Shown: positions 48,888 to 60,073 of the stretch, piece by piece
Layout: every line of letters starts with the position of its first letter
Position numbering within the stretch: position 1 is the first letter of the stretch
NCBI GenBank assembly: GCA_963976765.1
Contig: CAXBME010000001.1
Location: 124,001-188,000 of the forward strand
Direction: 5' to 3'
Origin: an uncultured Planctomycetaceae bacterium
GTDB lineage: Bacteria > Planctomycetota > Planctomycetia > Planctomycetales > Planctomycetaceae
DNA: 64,000 bases
Notes under the pieces: generated by a model
Told to the model about the DNA's origin: nothing
Seen by the model: the letters and a program-made list of their open reading frames with translations, nothing else
Databases searched by the model: none
Program-made: the position numbers and the translations under genes

Positions 48888-50080
48888 CATCGTCGTCGTT
48901 CTCCGTAGTTATCACTGGGGTGACTGATCCAGCGCGAAGGAATTTCGATCCAGCGCTGTTCTTGATGGCTTTTCAGAATCGCTTCGCAGAGAACGATTTC
49001 TCGATGGCCGTCTGCGAAGGTTGGAAACGTTGGCGGCGCCGAGAAATCGCCCGCTTCGAGATATCCATAAAACGAGCGGAAGCACTGCTTGAAAGTGTCG
49101 GGAAAACCTTCGTTGTGGCCGCCTGGATAATTGATCGAGCTGCGTGCCCGGTCGCCGAGCAGTGCCGGATCACGGAGCAGACTTTCGTTCGGCGTGTCGC
49201 GATGACCGACCCAGAGTTCGTTCGGCGATTCGCTGTTCCAGGCCAGAGCCTGCTTTGATCCGGCCAGTTCGAAGCTGAGCCGATTCTTTCGTCCGGCTGC
49301 CACCTGACTGACCTGAACGCTGCCTCGTGCTCCGCCAGCAAATCGAAGCATGATGCTGCCGAAGTCTTCGGTCGTGACGTCAACCGGTTCGTTAGCTTCT
49401 GGCGTGGTGGTCTTGCCGCTGAAAGTTTCGACGCCACCAGTCGGACGTTTTCTTACCGGGAAGACGGTTAACAGGTCTGCACAAACCGCTTCCACTTCCA
49501 GGCCGGTGATGGCGTGAATCAGGTCGAGCCAGTGAGTGCCAATGTCCGCGACCGCTCGCAGTTCGCCTCCGTCTTCCGCGAGGACTCGCCAGTTGAAGTC
49601 GGTTTGATGGAACAACCAGTCCTGAAAATAGCTGCCTGTCACGTGGTAAACATCGCCGACGATTCCGTTGCGAACCCGGTCAGCTGCTTCAAGACACAAC
49701 GGGTAATACCGAATGTTGTAGTTCACTCCGCAGACGAGGTTTGATGATTCGGCGAAACAAACCAGCTCAGCCGATTCTGCAGAATTCATAGCCAGCGGTT
49801 TCTCACACAGCACGTGTTTACCGGCGGAGATGCACGCCTTCGCCTGCTCAAAATGCAGCCGGTTGGGAGTTGCCAGGTGGACGCAGTCAACTTCCGGGAC
49901 GCCCAGAATTTCATCCAGCGACGCGAAGCCCTTTGCGAGTCCAAGCTCGTCGGCGGAAGCCTTGGATTTTTCGATGGTCGATCCGAGGATCCCTACAACG
50001 TCGACACCGGCACGTCGCAATCCTTCGACATGAACCGGGCCGATGAATCCCGTGCCGGCAACCGCAGCTTTGAACTTCAC
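48887..50080 (-). CDS. Gfo/Idh/MocA family oxidoreductase
   Basis: [40 protein letters not shown]. Translationally coupled (TGATGA) to the epimerase. Confidence 0.9.
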   Translation of the reverse strand: MKFKAAVAGTGFIGPVHVEGLRRAGVDVVGILGSTIEKSKASADELGLAKGFASLDEILGVPEVDCVHLATPNRLHFEQAKACISAGKHVLCEKPLAMNSAESAELVCFAESSNLVCGVNYNIRYYPLCLEAADRVRNGIVGDVYHVTGSYFQDWLFHQTDFNWRVLAEDGGELRAVADIGTHWLDLIHAITGLEVEAVCADLLTVFPVRKRPTGGVETFSGKTTTPEANEPVDVTTEDFGSIMLRFAGGARGSVQVSQVAAGRKNRLSFELAGSKQALAWNSESPNELWVGHRDTPNESLLRDPALLGDRARSSINYPGGHNEGFPDTFKQCFRSFYGYLEAGDFSAPPTFPTFADGHREIVLCEAILKSHQEQRWIEIPSRWISHPSDNYGERRR

Positions 50081-50550
50081 AATGCCCTCGATGTTGAATC
50101 TCGATGTTGTATGTGGAGCAGTCTACGGATGTCTGACGGGTGTCGCTCTTTTTCTTAGCTCAAAGCGTCAGCGAATACCCCTTCATTGGTGAAGCGGAGA
50201 TCGTATCGGATCGAGATTTGAGTCGCACGGCACCACCGATCGTTAACACCTGACTCGCGTTTTGATTGTTCAAATGAACGCGTTTCTGCAGCCGCAGAAC
50301 CAGCACGATCACTCCATCTGGCCTGTATGAGGAGGCGTCTGCCGCATCGATGATTGCTGCTGCTGCCCGTCGCGCAAGCGAGTTCCGAACCGCCGATAGC
50401 AATACTCGGAGTGCGCGCATTCCTGATCGCCCAACCGTGTCCGCTGACTTTGCCGGTGCCTGACCTGGATTGCACGCTCGAATGTTGCCTGTACTGGTAA
50501 AGCCAGTGGCACGCGAGCCGCTGACAATTTTGAACAGAGAGCTGATTTTC

Positions 50551-52500
50551 ATGTGCGGGATTCTGGGCATCATTGCACCTCGTGGCCGATCGATTTCCGT
50601 CGGTCGTGAGCGGGTTGTTGCAATGCGTGATCGAATGACCGCTCGCGGTCCCGACGATGCTGGCTTGCTGATTCGAGGCAACGTCGCGCTCGCTCATCGG
50701 CGACTGGCGATTCGAGATCTTTCTGCGGGGGCGCAACCGATCATTTCTGAAGACGCTCAGACCGCACTTGTCTACAACGGCGAGTTGTACAACGACAGTG
50801 AATTGCGTGCGGAGTTGCAGAACGCAGGAATGCGGTTTCAAACTCGTTGCGATGCCGAAACTCTGCTGGCTGCATGGCAGCAGTGGGGGATTGGCTGTCT
50901 GCCGAAACTGCGAGGCATGTTTGCTTTCGGAGTTTACGACTTTGCGAAGAACCGTCTGTTCCTGGTGCGAGATCGCTTCGGCGTGAAGCCGTTGTTCTTT
51001 GCAGAAGCAGCGGGTGAGCTGGTGTTTGCCAGCACCGTCGCGGCAGTGATCGGTCATCCACACATTGTCAAACAGCCGAACTGGTCGACCATCAGTCATT
51101 ACCTGACAACGTTCCGCACGACGATGGGGCGCGAGACGATGTTTCGCGGAGTCCGTCAGCTTCGCCCTGCCGAGTATCTCGACTGGAATCTGCACACCGG
51201 CCAGCTGAAAATCGCTCGCTACTGGGATTTTCCAAAACGGACGACGAGCGACATTACTTTTGACGAAGCGGCCAACGAGCTGGAATCGCTGCTCGTTGAC
51301 GCCACGAAAAGTCGGCTGGTCAGCGACGTTCCAGTTGGAATGTTTCTCAGCGGCGGAGTCGATTCCAGCGTGCTGGCGTCTCAGGTTGCGCAGTCGCACG
51401 ATGGGCATCTGTTAGGTAGTTGCGGCGGCGGCGAGATTGCCGCCAGCGATACCGAACAGGACAACGACTTCTCGGCGGCCGCCAACTGTGCGCGACAGAC
51501 TGGATTCGAATTCGACGAAGTCCGCGTTTCGTCAAACGACTATCTCGACTGCTGGAACCAGATGGTCGACGAAACGGGGTTGCCTTTGACAACTCCCAGC
51601 GATGTGATCATCCATCAACTCGCGCGGCGAATGAAGCAGGACGTCGGAGTCGTGCTGGGCGGCGAGGGAGCGGACGAACTGCTTTGTGGCTACGCGCTGC
51701 CTCACTGGTCCGTCGAAGATTTTCGACTGGCAAAACTATGCGAGGTCGGACGGTGGCCGGGGCAGCCGTCGAGCGAACGAGCCTTTCTGAAATCGCTGGA
51801 GGCAACCTATGGGCGGAGCCGGTTCAACAGCCTCGTTGATCATTACTTTGCCGCCAACAGCCTGATTCCGCTCGCCGTGAAACCTCAACTGTTGAACGAA
51901 GACGTCTGGAACGCGACTGGGTATGACGAGGCGATGGCGAGTTTTTATCAGAACGAGTTCTCTTCAATTTCCGATTCCCGCGAGGGGGATGTCGAGTCGC
52001 TGGTTCACTCGCAGTCGATCGTTCTTCACCGGCTGAATCTTGAAAGCCTGCTGGGAAGACTCGACACGGCGACAATGCAGGCGTCGCTGGAAGCACGAGT
52101 CCCCTACACCGATCACCGACTCGTCGAATTTGCGTTCGGCCTCCCGTCACATTTCCGAATCGACGTCGATCCGCTGGAAGCAACCCCGTACCTCGCCGCC
52201 GCCGAACTTGAACGTCGCCGAACTCTGCGACCCAAGCGTCTGCTGCGAGCCGTGGCTGCACGATCGTTGCCGCCGGAGCTGGCGCAACGCCGCAAAGCCA
52301 GTTTTCCCACTCCCGTCGCGACATGGTTATCAGAGCCCTGGGAGTCGTGGGCCAGAGGTCGCCTCTTAAACAGCCCCTTCGGCCAGCAGACTTTCCGCCG
52401 CGAGACGATGGCCGAACTGGCCGGGAACGTCACAACGGCCGGAATGTGGCTCTGGCCGATTCTGAATCTGCTTGCCTGGGGCGATTCCGTTTTCGCTTAG
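50551..52500 (+). CDS. asnB: Asparagine synthetase (glutamine-hydrolysing)-like amidotransferase
   Basis: MCGI N-terminal nucleophile, RGPD, HRRLAIRD, YNGELYN, RDRFGVKPL, LSGGVDSS, GEGADEL, SLEARVPY, RRKASF. Confidence 0.85.
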   Translation: MCGILGIIAPRGRSISVGRERVVAMRDRMTARGPDDAGLLIRGNVALAHRRLAIRDLSAGAQPIISEDAQTALVYNGELYNDSELRAELQNAGMRFQTRCDAETLLAAWQQWGIGCLPKLRGMFAFGVYDFAKNRLFLVRDRFGVKPLFFAEAAGELVFASTVAAVIGHPHIVKQPNWSTISHYLTTFRTTMGRETMFRGVRQLRPAEYLDWNLHTGQLKIARYWDFPKRTTSDITFDEAANELESLLVDATKSRLVSDVPVGMFLSGGVDSSVLASQVAQSHDGHLLGSCGGGEIAASDTEQDNDFSAAANCARQTGFEFDEVRVSSNDYLDCWNQMVDETGLPLTTPSDVIIHQLARRMKQDVGVVLGGEGADELLCGYALPHWSVEDFRLAKLCEVGRWPGQPSSERAFLKSLEATYGRSRFNSLVDHYFAANSLIPLAVKPQLLNEDVWNATGYDEAMASFYQNEFSSISDSREGDVESLVHSQSIVLHRLNLESLLGRLDTATMQASLEARVPYTDHRLVEFAFGLPSHFRIDVDPLEATPYLAAAELERRRTLRPKRLLRAVAARSLPPELAQRRKASFPTPVATWLSEPWESWARGRLLNSPFGQQTFRRETMAELAGNVTTAGMWLWPILNLLAWGDSVFA

Positions 52501-52554
52501 GAATGCGTCCGACTCACCGAGCTGTTGGTTGCCGCCTGGATTCTTATGGATTCT

Positions 52555-55500
52555 TTACGAAGCCGCAGAATCCTGCGTCGTCACGGATTGTGGGATCCAG
52601 TCCTGAAGAGCCTGGACGTGAGCAACCGGGTCTTTGGAGAGAGCCTCGACCGCCTGTACGACGGCGACGCAGCCAGGCAGGGTGGTGACACAGGGAACTC
52701 CATTGGCGACAGCGGCGGCTCGAATCTTGCCTTCGTCGGTGCGGGCACCTTTGCCGCTGGGTGTGTTGAAGACGTAGTGGATTTCGTCGTTTGCCATCAG
52801 GTCGAGCAGGTTTGGTCGGCCCTCTTTCAGCTTGCGGACGACTTCGACTTCAAGCCCCGCCGCTTTCAGAACTTCCGCAGTGCCCGACGTGGCGACGATC
52901 TTGAAACCCAGCTCGATCAGTTTGCGAGCTGGCTCGATCATTTCCTGCTTATGAGCCTTGGCCATCGAGATGAAGACGGTGCCTTCAGTTGGCAGCATGG
53001 TCCCCGCACCTAACTGGCTCTTGGCGAAGGCCATTGGGAATGACTTGTCGATCCCCATCACCTCGCCCGTCGACCGCATTTCCGGGCCGAGCACGATGTC
53101 GACGCCGAGGAACCGGTTGAAGGGGAAGACGCTTTCTTTGACGGATGTGTATTCCGGCCAGATTTCTTCCGTCACGCCCTGCTCGATCAGAGAAACTCCG
53201 ACCATGACTTTCGCGGCGATCTTTGCCAGTGAGCGGCCAGTCGCCTTTGAAACAAACGGCGATGTCCGGCTGGCTCGGGGATTCACTTCGAGGACGTAGA
53301 CCGTCGACTCATATCCTTCCTGCTTGACGGCAAACTGGATATTCATCAGACCGCGAACGTTGAGCGCTTTCGCCAGTCGGTGAGTGGCTTCGCGGATTCC
53401 ATCGATGACCAGCTCGTTGAGTGAGTGAGGCGGCAGTGCACAGGCCGAGTCGCCTGAGTGGACGCCGGCTTCTTCGATGTGCTCCATGATTCCGCCGATG
53501 ACGGTTGTTGTGCCGTCAGAAATGGCGTCAACATCGACCTCGATCGCGTCTTCCAGGAACTTGTCAATCAGAATCGGCTGGCCGGCTGAAACGTCGACTG
53601 CTTCAACCATGTAACGAGTCAAGGATTCAACGTCGTAGCAGATTTCCATCGCTCGACCGCCGAGAACATAACTCGGGCGAACCAGAACCGGGTAACCGAT
53701 CCGGTCGGCAACCGTCCGTGCGCCTTCCAGATTCAGAGCAATTCCGTTTGGCGGCTGCATGAGATCAGCCTGTTGAAGGATCGCCTGAAAACGTTCCCGA
53801 TCTTCGGCGGCGTCGATCATGTCCGGGCTGGTGCCAATGATCGGCACCCCGGCAGCTTCCAGGCCGCGTGCCAGATTCAGCGGTGTCTGACCACCAAACT
53901 GCACAATCACACCGTCTGGTTTCATGCGGTCGCAGATGTCGAGCACGTCTTCCGTTGTCAACGGTTCGAAGAACAGCAGGTCCGAGGTGTCGTAGTCGGT
54001 CGAAACAGTTTCTGGATTCGAGTTGACCATGATGCTTTCGTGGCCGAGTTCTTTCATTGCGAACGCGGCCTGGCAGCAGCAGTAGTCAAATTCGATGCCC
54101 TGGCCGATCCGGTTCGGGCCGCCTCCAAGAATCATGTACCGCTTTCGACCGTCTGTTCGAGGTTCCGGAGATTCATCTTCCTGCTCGTAGGTCGAATAGT
54201 AATACGGGGTGTAGGCTTCGAACTCGGCGGCACAGGTATCAACCTGTTTATAGGTCGACACGATGTCTCGCTGCTTTCGGCTGGCTCGAACAGTACCCTC
54301 GGTCGTGTTCCACCAGAACGCCAGCTGATGATCAGAAAAACCGGTCTGTTTGGCACGCCGGATCATCTCATCGCTGGCCGCATCCAGACCTCCGACGGCG
54401 ATAATCTGTTCTTCGACGTCGATGATCCCACGGATCTGCCAGAGGAACCAACGGTCGATATTCGTCAGCTGAAAAATCTCGTCGACGGACATGCCCAGCT
54501 TCATGGCGTATCGGATGTAGAAAATCCGCTGGTCGTTCGGGATCGAAAGCTTCGTCGTAATGTCTTCCCGGGTTGGCTGCTTGTCGGTTCCCCAGCGATC
54601 CTTCTTGCCGCCACCGAGCCCGAAGTGTCCGATTTCCAGACCTCGCAGAGCCTTCTGAAGTGACTCTTTGAACGTCCGCCCGATCGCCATCGTCTCGCCG
54701 ACCGACTTCATCTGGATGTTGAGCGTCGAGTCAGCTTCAGGAAATTTCTCGAAGGTCCAGCGAGGGATTTTCGTCACGACGTAGTCGATCGTCGGTTCGA
54801 AGCACGCCAGCGTTTCGCGGGTGATGTCGTTCGGTATTTCGTCGAGCGTGTAGCCGACAGCCAGCTTCGCCGCGATCTTCGCGATCGGAAAACCGGTTGC
54901 CTTGGACGCCAGCGCGCTGGAGCGGCTGACGCGAGGATTCATCTCGATCACGACCATCCGTCCGTCTTTCGGGTTGACGGCAAACTGGACGTTCGAGCCA
55001 CCGGTTTCGACACCGATTTCTCTCATGCAGGCGATCGTGGCGTCCCGCATCCGCTGATACTCTTTGTCGGAAAGAGTTTGCGCGGGCGCGACGGTAATCG
55101 AGTCGCCGGTGTGGACTCCCATCGGGTCGAAGTTTTCGATCGCGCAAATGATGACGACGTTGTCAGCGCAGTCGCGCATGACCTCCATCTCGTACTCTTT
55201 CCACCCGATGATGGATTCTTCGAGGAGCACTTCACTGACCGGAGAAAGATCGAGTCCGGTTCTGACCTTGGCGTCGAACTCTTCCTTGTTATAGGCAATG
55301 CCGCCGCCGACGCCGCCGAGCGTGTAGCTGGCACGGATGATCGCCGGCAGGCCGATTTCTTTAATCGCTTCGCGAGCTTCCTCAAGAGTGTGGATCGTCG
55401 CACTTTTCGGGACATCCATCCCGATTTTCACCATCGCATCTTTGAAGGATTCCCGGCCTTCCGCCTTGGCGATCACTTCTTCTTTGGCACCAATCATCTC

Positions 55501-55839
55501 GACGCCAAGCTGGGCGAGAATTCCCCGTCGAGCCAGGTCCATTGCCGTGTTCAGACCGGTCTGCCCGCCGAGCGTTGGCAGGATGGCGTCTGGCTTTTCG
55601 ATTTCCAGAATTTTCTTCACGTACTGCCAGGTGATCGGCTCGATATAGGTCCGGTCGGCCATGTCCGGGTCGGTCATGATCGTCGCGGGGTTCGAATTCA
55701 CAAGGACAACTTCGTAACCCTCTTCCCTCAGCGATTTACACGCCTGGGCACCGGAATAATCGAACTCGCAGGCCTGTCCGATAACGATAGGGCCTGAACC
55801 GATGATGAGAATTTTCTTAATGTCGTCGCGGCGTGGCAC
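52555..55839 (-). CDS. carB: Carbamoyl-phosphate synthase large subunit
   Basis: [73 protein letters not shown] domain. Confidence 0.98.
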   Translation of the reverse strand: MPRRDDIKKILIIGSGPIVIGQACEFDYSGAQACKSLREEGYEVVLVNSNPATIMTDPDMADRTYIEPITWQYVKKILEIEKPDAILPTLGGQTGLNTAMDLARRGILAQLGVEMIGAKEEVIAKAEGRESFKDAMVKIGMDVPKSATIHTLEEAREAIKEIGLPAIIRASYTLGGVGGGIAYNKEEFDAKVRTGLDLSPVSEVLLEESIIGWKEYEMEVMRDCADNVVIICAIENFDPMGVHTGDSITVAPAQTLSDKEYQRMRDATIACMREIGVETGGSNVQFAVNPKDGRMVVIEMNPRVSRSSALASKATGFPIAKIAAKLAVGYTLDEIPNDITRETLACFEPTIDYVVTKIPRWTFEKFPEADSTLNIQMKSVGETMAIGRTFKESLQKALRGLEIGHFGLGGGKKDRWGTDKQPTREDITTKLSIPNDQRIFYIRYAMKLGMSVDEIFQLTNIDRWFLWQIRGIIDVEEQIIAVGGLDAASDEMIRRAKQTGFSDHQLAFWWNTTEGTVRASRKQRDIVSTYKQVDTCAAEFEAYTPYYYSTYEQEDESPEPRTDGRKRYMILGGGPNRIGQGIEFDYCCCQAAFAMKELGHESIMVNSNPETVSTDYDTSDLLFFEPLTTEDVLDICDRMKPDGVIVQFGGQTPLNLARGLEAAGVPIIGTSPDMIDAAEDRERFQAILQQADLMQPPNGIALNLEGARTVADRIGYPVLVRPSYVLGGRAMEICYDVESLTRYMVEAVDVSAGQPILIDKFLEDAIEVDVDAISDGTTTVIGGIMEHIEEAGVHSGDSACALPPHSLNELVIDGIREATHRLAKALNVRGLMNIQFAVKQEGYESTVYVLEVNPRASRTSPFVSKATGRSLAKIAAKVMVGVSLIEQGVTEEIWPEYTSVKESVFPFNRFLGVDIVLGPEMRSTGEVMGIDKSFPMAFAKSQLGAGTMLPTEGTVFISMAKAHKQEMIEPARKLIELGFKIVATSGTAEVLKAAGLEVEVVRKLKEGRPNLLDLMANDEIHYVFNTPSGKGARTDEGKIRAAAVANGVPCVTTLPGCVAVVQAVEALSKDPVAHVQALQDWIPQSVTTQDSAAS

Positions 55840-56154
55840 GGCAATGGCATCCTGCTGGGCAGTTGTGTGGACGTCGAAATTGGCCTTTGCGCAAAGCGAT
55901 CCCGTTTCAAATTATCTGGAATCGCGACAAACACTACGTCTCGGACCGGGTCCGGCCTGGCGAAGGATTCCCACCTGCTGCCCAGACTGCGAAATCGACA
56001 CAAACCCTGCTCTGCAAGGCGGATAAGTGATCTCACAGGACGCTGACCAGTGCGTCTGCGCAAAGTGTCGACAACGTTAACAATCTCGGACGCAGATTCA
56101 AGCGGCAGGAGCCGCAGGTCAGGCTCCGACTGTCTGAGTCAACTGGTCAGATAA

Positions 56155-56216
56155 ACCACGGAAGTCACGGAAAAACATGGAATGCAAGCGTGCCTCGTCC
56201 CGAGTTTTCGTGACAG
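56155..56216. repeat. CACGGAA/TTTTCGTG-type REP-like imperfect hairpin
   Basis: GTCACGGAAAAAC (56164-56176) ... GTTTTCGTGAC (56204-56214). TTTTCGTGACAG recurs exactly at 60061-60072. Confidence 0.4.
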
Positions 56217-56384
56217 CCGTAGTTCTTGTAATTTCGAAGGATTTTTCTCGCTGGACTTCGTCAGGCAGAGCCAGACCTACAACATGTGTAACTCCATCGA
56301 TACTCTTCGCAAAACTGCCCACCGAACTTCTGTGTCGCGAATCATGACAGGTCGCCGCGACGCATTGCACGGAAGAATCTGAGA

Positions 56385-57920
56385 ATGTCCACCGCCGCCA
56401 CACCTGCCATTTCGGAAACGCAACGCCACTCGATCCTCATCTTTGGAGCGTCTGGAGATCTCACTGCTCGAAAGCTGATGCCGGCGCTGTTTACGCTCTG
56501 GTCGGAAGGTTTTCTGCCCGACGATTCGCCGATCTTCGGAGTCGCTCGTCGAGAAAAGACCGACGATGAGTTTCGGGCCGAGATGCAGACTGCCGTTTCG
56601 AAGCACGGAAGACTGGGCGAAATCTCTGACAGTAAATGGCAGGATTTTGCGAAGAGGCTGTTCTATCACCGCCTCGACCTGGACACCCTGGATGGCTATG
56701 TCGAACTGCATTCTCGCGTCGAGCAAACTGAAGCGGAAATCTTTGGCCCCGATGTTCAAGCCAGTCGCGTGGTTTATCTGGCGATCACTCCGTCGCTGTT
56801 TCTGCCATCGGTCGAGAACCTGTGCGCGGGCGGGTTCAAACCGGCTCATGACGAAACGCATCGTTTACGGGTTGTTGTTGAGAAACCGTTCGGTCGAGAC
56901 CTGTCGTCTTCACAGGAACTGAGTTCCGGACTCAACCGACTGCTTGACGAATCACAGATTTACCGCATCGACCATTACCTCGGCAAAGAAACGGTGCAGA
57001 ACATTCTGTTGTTCCGATTTGGAAACGCGATCTTTGAACCATTGCTGAATCGGAATCATGTCGACCATATTCAGATCACGATGTCTGAGGATCAAGGCAT
57101 CGAATCCGGTCGCGGCGGCTACTACGACACGGCAGGAGCACTGCGCGACGTCCTTCAGAATCACGTTCTTCAGTTACTCTGCCTGGTCGCAATGGAACCG
57201 CCAGCGGTCTTCCTGGGTGATCAGATTCGCGATGAGAAAGTCAAAGTTCTGGAATCACTGCGACCGGGAAGCGACAACATCGACGAATGGGCCATCGCCG
57301 GTCAGTACGTTGGTGGCACGGTCAATGGGGACGCCGTCAATGGGTACCGGCAGGAAGATCGCGTTGCCCCGAATTCCCGCCGTGAGACCTTTGTCGGCAT
57401 GGAAGTTTACGTCGATAACTGGCGCTGGGCTCACGTTCCGTTTTACCTGCGGACCGGCAAACGACTTCCCGCGCGAGTCACCGAAATCGCCATCGAGTTC
57501 AAACTGCCGCCCATGCACCCGTTCTCGACGGTTGAATGCGACGGCGACGATTGCGGACTCGTTGGGTCACGACCGAATTCACTGGTCTTCCGCATCCAGC
57601 CCGAAGAGTCCATCACGCTCTCGTGCTCGGTCAAACAGCCCGGCCACCAGTACAACATCGAGCGACAACGGCTGAAATATCAGTATCCGACCGGACTGGC
57701 CGAGGCCTACGAACGATTGCTGCTCGACGTGCTGCGAGGCGACTCGACCCTCTTCACCCGCAGTGACGAACTCGAAGCCGCATGGCGCTTTGTGCAGCCG
57801 GTCCTCGACCACTGGGAAACCGCCAGGCACCAGCCCGAGTTCTACCAGGTTGACACCTGGGGGCCTCAGGCCGCCACCAGCCTGCTCAGCAAGTCCGGTC
57901 GCGAATGGCGCGAACCATAA
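56385..57920 (+). CDS. zwf: Glucose-6-phosphate 1-dehydrogenase
   Basis: IFGASGDL, VEKPFG, RIDHYLGKETVQN, RGGYYD..GALRDV.QNH, NWRWAHVPFYLRTGKR, AYERLL. Confidence 0.96.
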   Translation: MSTAATPAISETQRHSILIFGASGDLTARKLMPALFTLWSEGFLPDDSPIFGVARREKTDDEFRAEMQTAVSKHGRLGEISDSKWQDFAKRLFYHRLDLDTLDGYVELHSRVEQTEAEIFGPDVQASRVVYLAITPSLFLPSVENLCAGGFKPAHDETHRLRVVVEKPFGRDLSSSQELSSGLNRLLDESQIYRIDHYLGKETVQNILLFRFGNAIFEPLLNRNHVDHIQITMSEDQGIESGRGGYYDTAGALRDVLQNHVLQLLCLVAMEPPAVFLGDQIRDEKVKVLESLRPGSDNIDEWAIAGQYVGGTVNGDAVNGYRQEDRVAPNSRRETFVGMEVYVDNWRWAHVPFYLRTGKRLPARVTEIAIEFKLPPMHPFSTVECDGDDCGLVGSRPNSLVFRIQPEESITLSCSVKQPGHQYNIERQRLKYQYPTGLAEAYERLLLDVLRGDSTLFTRSDELEAAWRFVQPVLDHWETARHQPEFYQVDTWGPQAATSLLSKSGREWREP

Positions 57921-58172
57921 TGGATCGCGCTCTCCCCCCGCCGAACAGTGTGAACTCTGGAGTAGAACTACCCAGCGGGGAAAGGAAGGGACTCTCCTTC
58001 AGCCGAATTGAGTGCCGAACAACATCAGGTACTGCTCGATATTTTTCGGTATCTGTTTTTTCGGTACTTGTCGGCGAGAAGCAATTTCAGTGTTGGAAGA
58101 TTCAACAAATTCCGCACCGGCAGAGCCTGCGGTTCACGGAGGGCGATCACCTCTCCGTTTTTCAACGAGCTG

Positions 58173-59042
58173 TTAACTCGTCGCTCTTGCGCTGTCAGGT
58201 CGCGAGTACCCGAGCATGACCGTTGCAGCAAGCAGACCGGCGGCGCACCAGAATAATGTGGTCTCTCGCAACGACGGTTCCGAATTCGTTGCGGCGGCAC
58301 TTTCACTTTCGTTTTCCAGTTGGTGGCTCGACGATTTGGTCGTGGCGAAGACTGGCCTTGGCAGCGCCCGCAGGGAGCCGCTCATGGCTGTCGTTATTCC
58401 CGCGCCTTCCTGGACTGCTGATTGAATCGTCGAGGTCAGTACCCAGCAGAGCAGAACAATGGCAACGCTTGTCAACAATGGCTCGGCGATCGGCTTTGAG
58501 TCCTGGCTGAGTGCTTGCTCGATGGCAGAGGAAGGGCGGCTGTGCTCTTTCTTGAGATCTTCCGTAGGAGTGCCCCGATGCTCGGACGTCTTGTGAAGCC
58601 ACCAGCCGCACAACGCCGCTCCGGTCAGAAGAACTCCTCCGACGATGGCGTTTCCGGAAACGCCCAGCACCGTCGCCCCTCCCGTTCCGAGAATGGCCGT
58701 CGACAGAACAACCGACCGAGCGGTCGACGAGAAAACGACTCCGACAGCGCCTGCCAGAGCGAGGGATGCTCCCAGATAAAATACCGTGCCTCGCATGCCG
58801 TCTGCAAAAATCGATCGTGTTAACGAGTCCGGAACAGTGGATTGAGAAATCCCAAGAATCGCCAGTCCGATAAAAGTAACGGCCTGATAGATGACTGAAC
58901 GCGGGACGGCAAACGAAGCCGGGGATGTATTGTCGGTCGATCTATTTTCGGGTTGAGAATTCTGAGTGGACGAACGCTCGGCGAGCGAGAGAAAGATCCC
59001 GCAAATCGCAGTCAGGATGCCGGCGAAGACGGTTATGCTCAC
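58173..59042 (-). CDS. Multi-TM hypothetical protein, possibly a degenerate NuoJ-like protein; start uncertain
   Basis: About 6-7 hydrophobic segments; FYLGASLALAGAVGVVFSS..RSVVLS and EPLLTSVAIVLL. ORF open back to 59351. Confidence 0.55.
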   Translation of the reverse strand: MSITVFAGILTAICGIFLSLAERSSTQNSQPENRSTDNTSPASFAVPRSVIYQAVTFIGLAILGISQSTVPDSLTRSIFADGMRGTVFYLGASLALAGAVGVVFSSTARSVVLSTAILGTGGATVLGVSGNAIVGGVLLTGAALCGWWLHKTSEHRGTPTEDLKKEHSRPSSAIEQALSQDSKPIAEPLLTSVAIVLLCWVLTSTIQSAVQEGAGITTAMSGSLRALPRPVFATTKSSSHQLENESESAAATNSEPSLRETTLFWCAAGLLAATVMLGYSRPDSARATS

Positions 59043-59310
59043 TGAATCAAATCGCCTCGTCTTGGGAATGCCGAACGGAAACTGCTTCTGAACAGCTTCC
59101 GAAGAATCGTTTGGTGGCCAGCCAGGATGACTCACACGAAACAGGGTCTGATCGTTATCGTACGAGCAGAACTCGACCGTTGCACGTGGTGGTGGAAGTT
59201 GGTGGCCGACTGAAACCGCCAGTGGTACGGATGGGTACTTGTCCGTGGAAAAGTGCGACGATTCGAATCGGGCGACTGAGTAACTGAGAAACAAACTTCC
59301 AGGCACAGCC

Positions 59311-59970
59311 ATGAGTGACGAATTTGAAACATCTGAGGCCAGCGAGCGCACAATGCGGGTGCCGCCGCTGTTTCTGCTGGGCGGGTTTCTGATTGTTGGG
59401 ACGGCGGGCTCGGCGTTCTTCGTGCTTCCCAGTGAGTCTCCAACAACGGCGGTTACGTCGATGCTGGCGATTCCAGCTGGTGAACCCGTCGTCGGTCAGC
59501 CTGCGAATCCTGACGGGGAACACTCCGGTGAATCAGTGGTCGATGTCGTGGGGCCTGACGAAACACCGGTTGAACCCATCGACTCAGAGACCACTCGATT
59601 GAGCAAACTGATCGTCGGCGACTGGCAGCAGGATTTCTACGGCAAGCGGACTCTGACCGTGAAGGCCGACGGCACGGCAATCATGACCATTCTGCCGAGC
59701 GGTGTCTTTGCTTTCGGGTTTGGCCCCAAGATCGACCTGACGATGTTCTGGTCAGTAAAAGACGGCCATCTCGATTACGGAGTCAGCGGCGGAACTCCGG
59801 CTGACAAAGTGAAACTTGCCGCAAAAACGTGGGGCGATCACTGGGTCGAGAAGATCGTCACGCTCGACGAAAACAAACTCGACCTGCTCTCTGAAGATGG
59901 CTCCAGCCATTCAATCTGGGAACGAGCAAATCCGAACCGCTCGCCAGAAATTGAAAGTCAGTCGCCGTAG
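59311..59970 (+). CDS. Membrane-anchored hypothetical protein with a lipocalin-like beta-barrel motif
   Basis: N-terminal TM, Pro/Glu linker, then KLIVGDW...LTVKADGT...W..KDG...IVTLDENKL.L...WER. Confidence 0.7.
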   Translation: MSDEFETSEASERTMRVPPLFLLGGFLIVGTAGSAFFVLPSESPTTAVTSMLAIPAGEPVVGQPANPDGEHSGESVVDVVGPDETPVEPIDSETTRLSKLIVGDWQQDFYGKRTLTVKADGTAIMTILPSGVFAFGFGPKIDLTMFWSVKDGHLDYGVSGGTPADKVKLAAKTWGDHWVEKIVTLDENKLDLLSEDGSSHSIWERANPNRSPEIESQSP

Positions 59971-59995
59971 CGGCGGTCGAAATAAGGAATCAAGC

Positions 59996-60072
59996 CACAG
60001 AGTTCATCAAGGAAAAGAGGCGTTCCGTGGAAGAATTTCTCTGTGATCTCTGCGTCTGAATTTTCGTGACAG
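59996..60072. repeat. Degenerate CAGAG/CTCTG REP-like element between convergent genes
   Basis: CACAGAG (59996-60002) ... CTCTGTG ... CTCTGCGT, ending in TTTTCGTGACAG. Confidence 0.4.
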
Positions 60073-60073
60073 G

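Noticed and set aside
48000..48908. 302-aa ORF exactly antisense to the sugar epimerase (similar long shadows at 2243-3262, 5072-5944, 10167-11255, 24594-25571, 34127-35194, 50155-51408, 53773-54663)
   Set aside because: These are antisense shadows of well-supported genes, expected from codon bias in a GC-rich genome; they show no recognisable motifs.
50160..50550. Minus-strand ORF in the oxidoreductase-asnB intergenic region
   Set aside because: No motif, signal or convincing start; the longer form overlaps the asnB start.
52555..55839. carB without an adjacent carA
   Set aside because: Split carA/carB is common in bacteria and not informative from one window.
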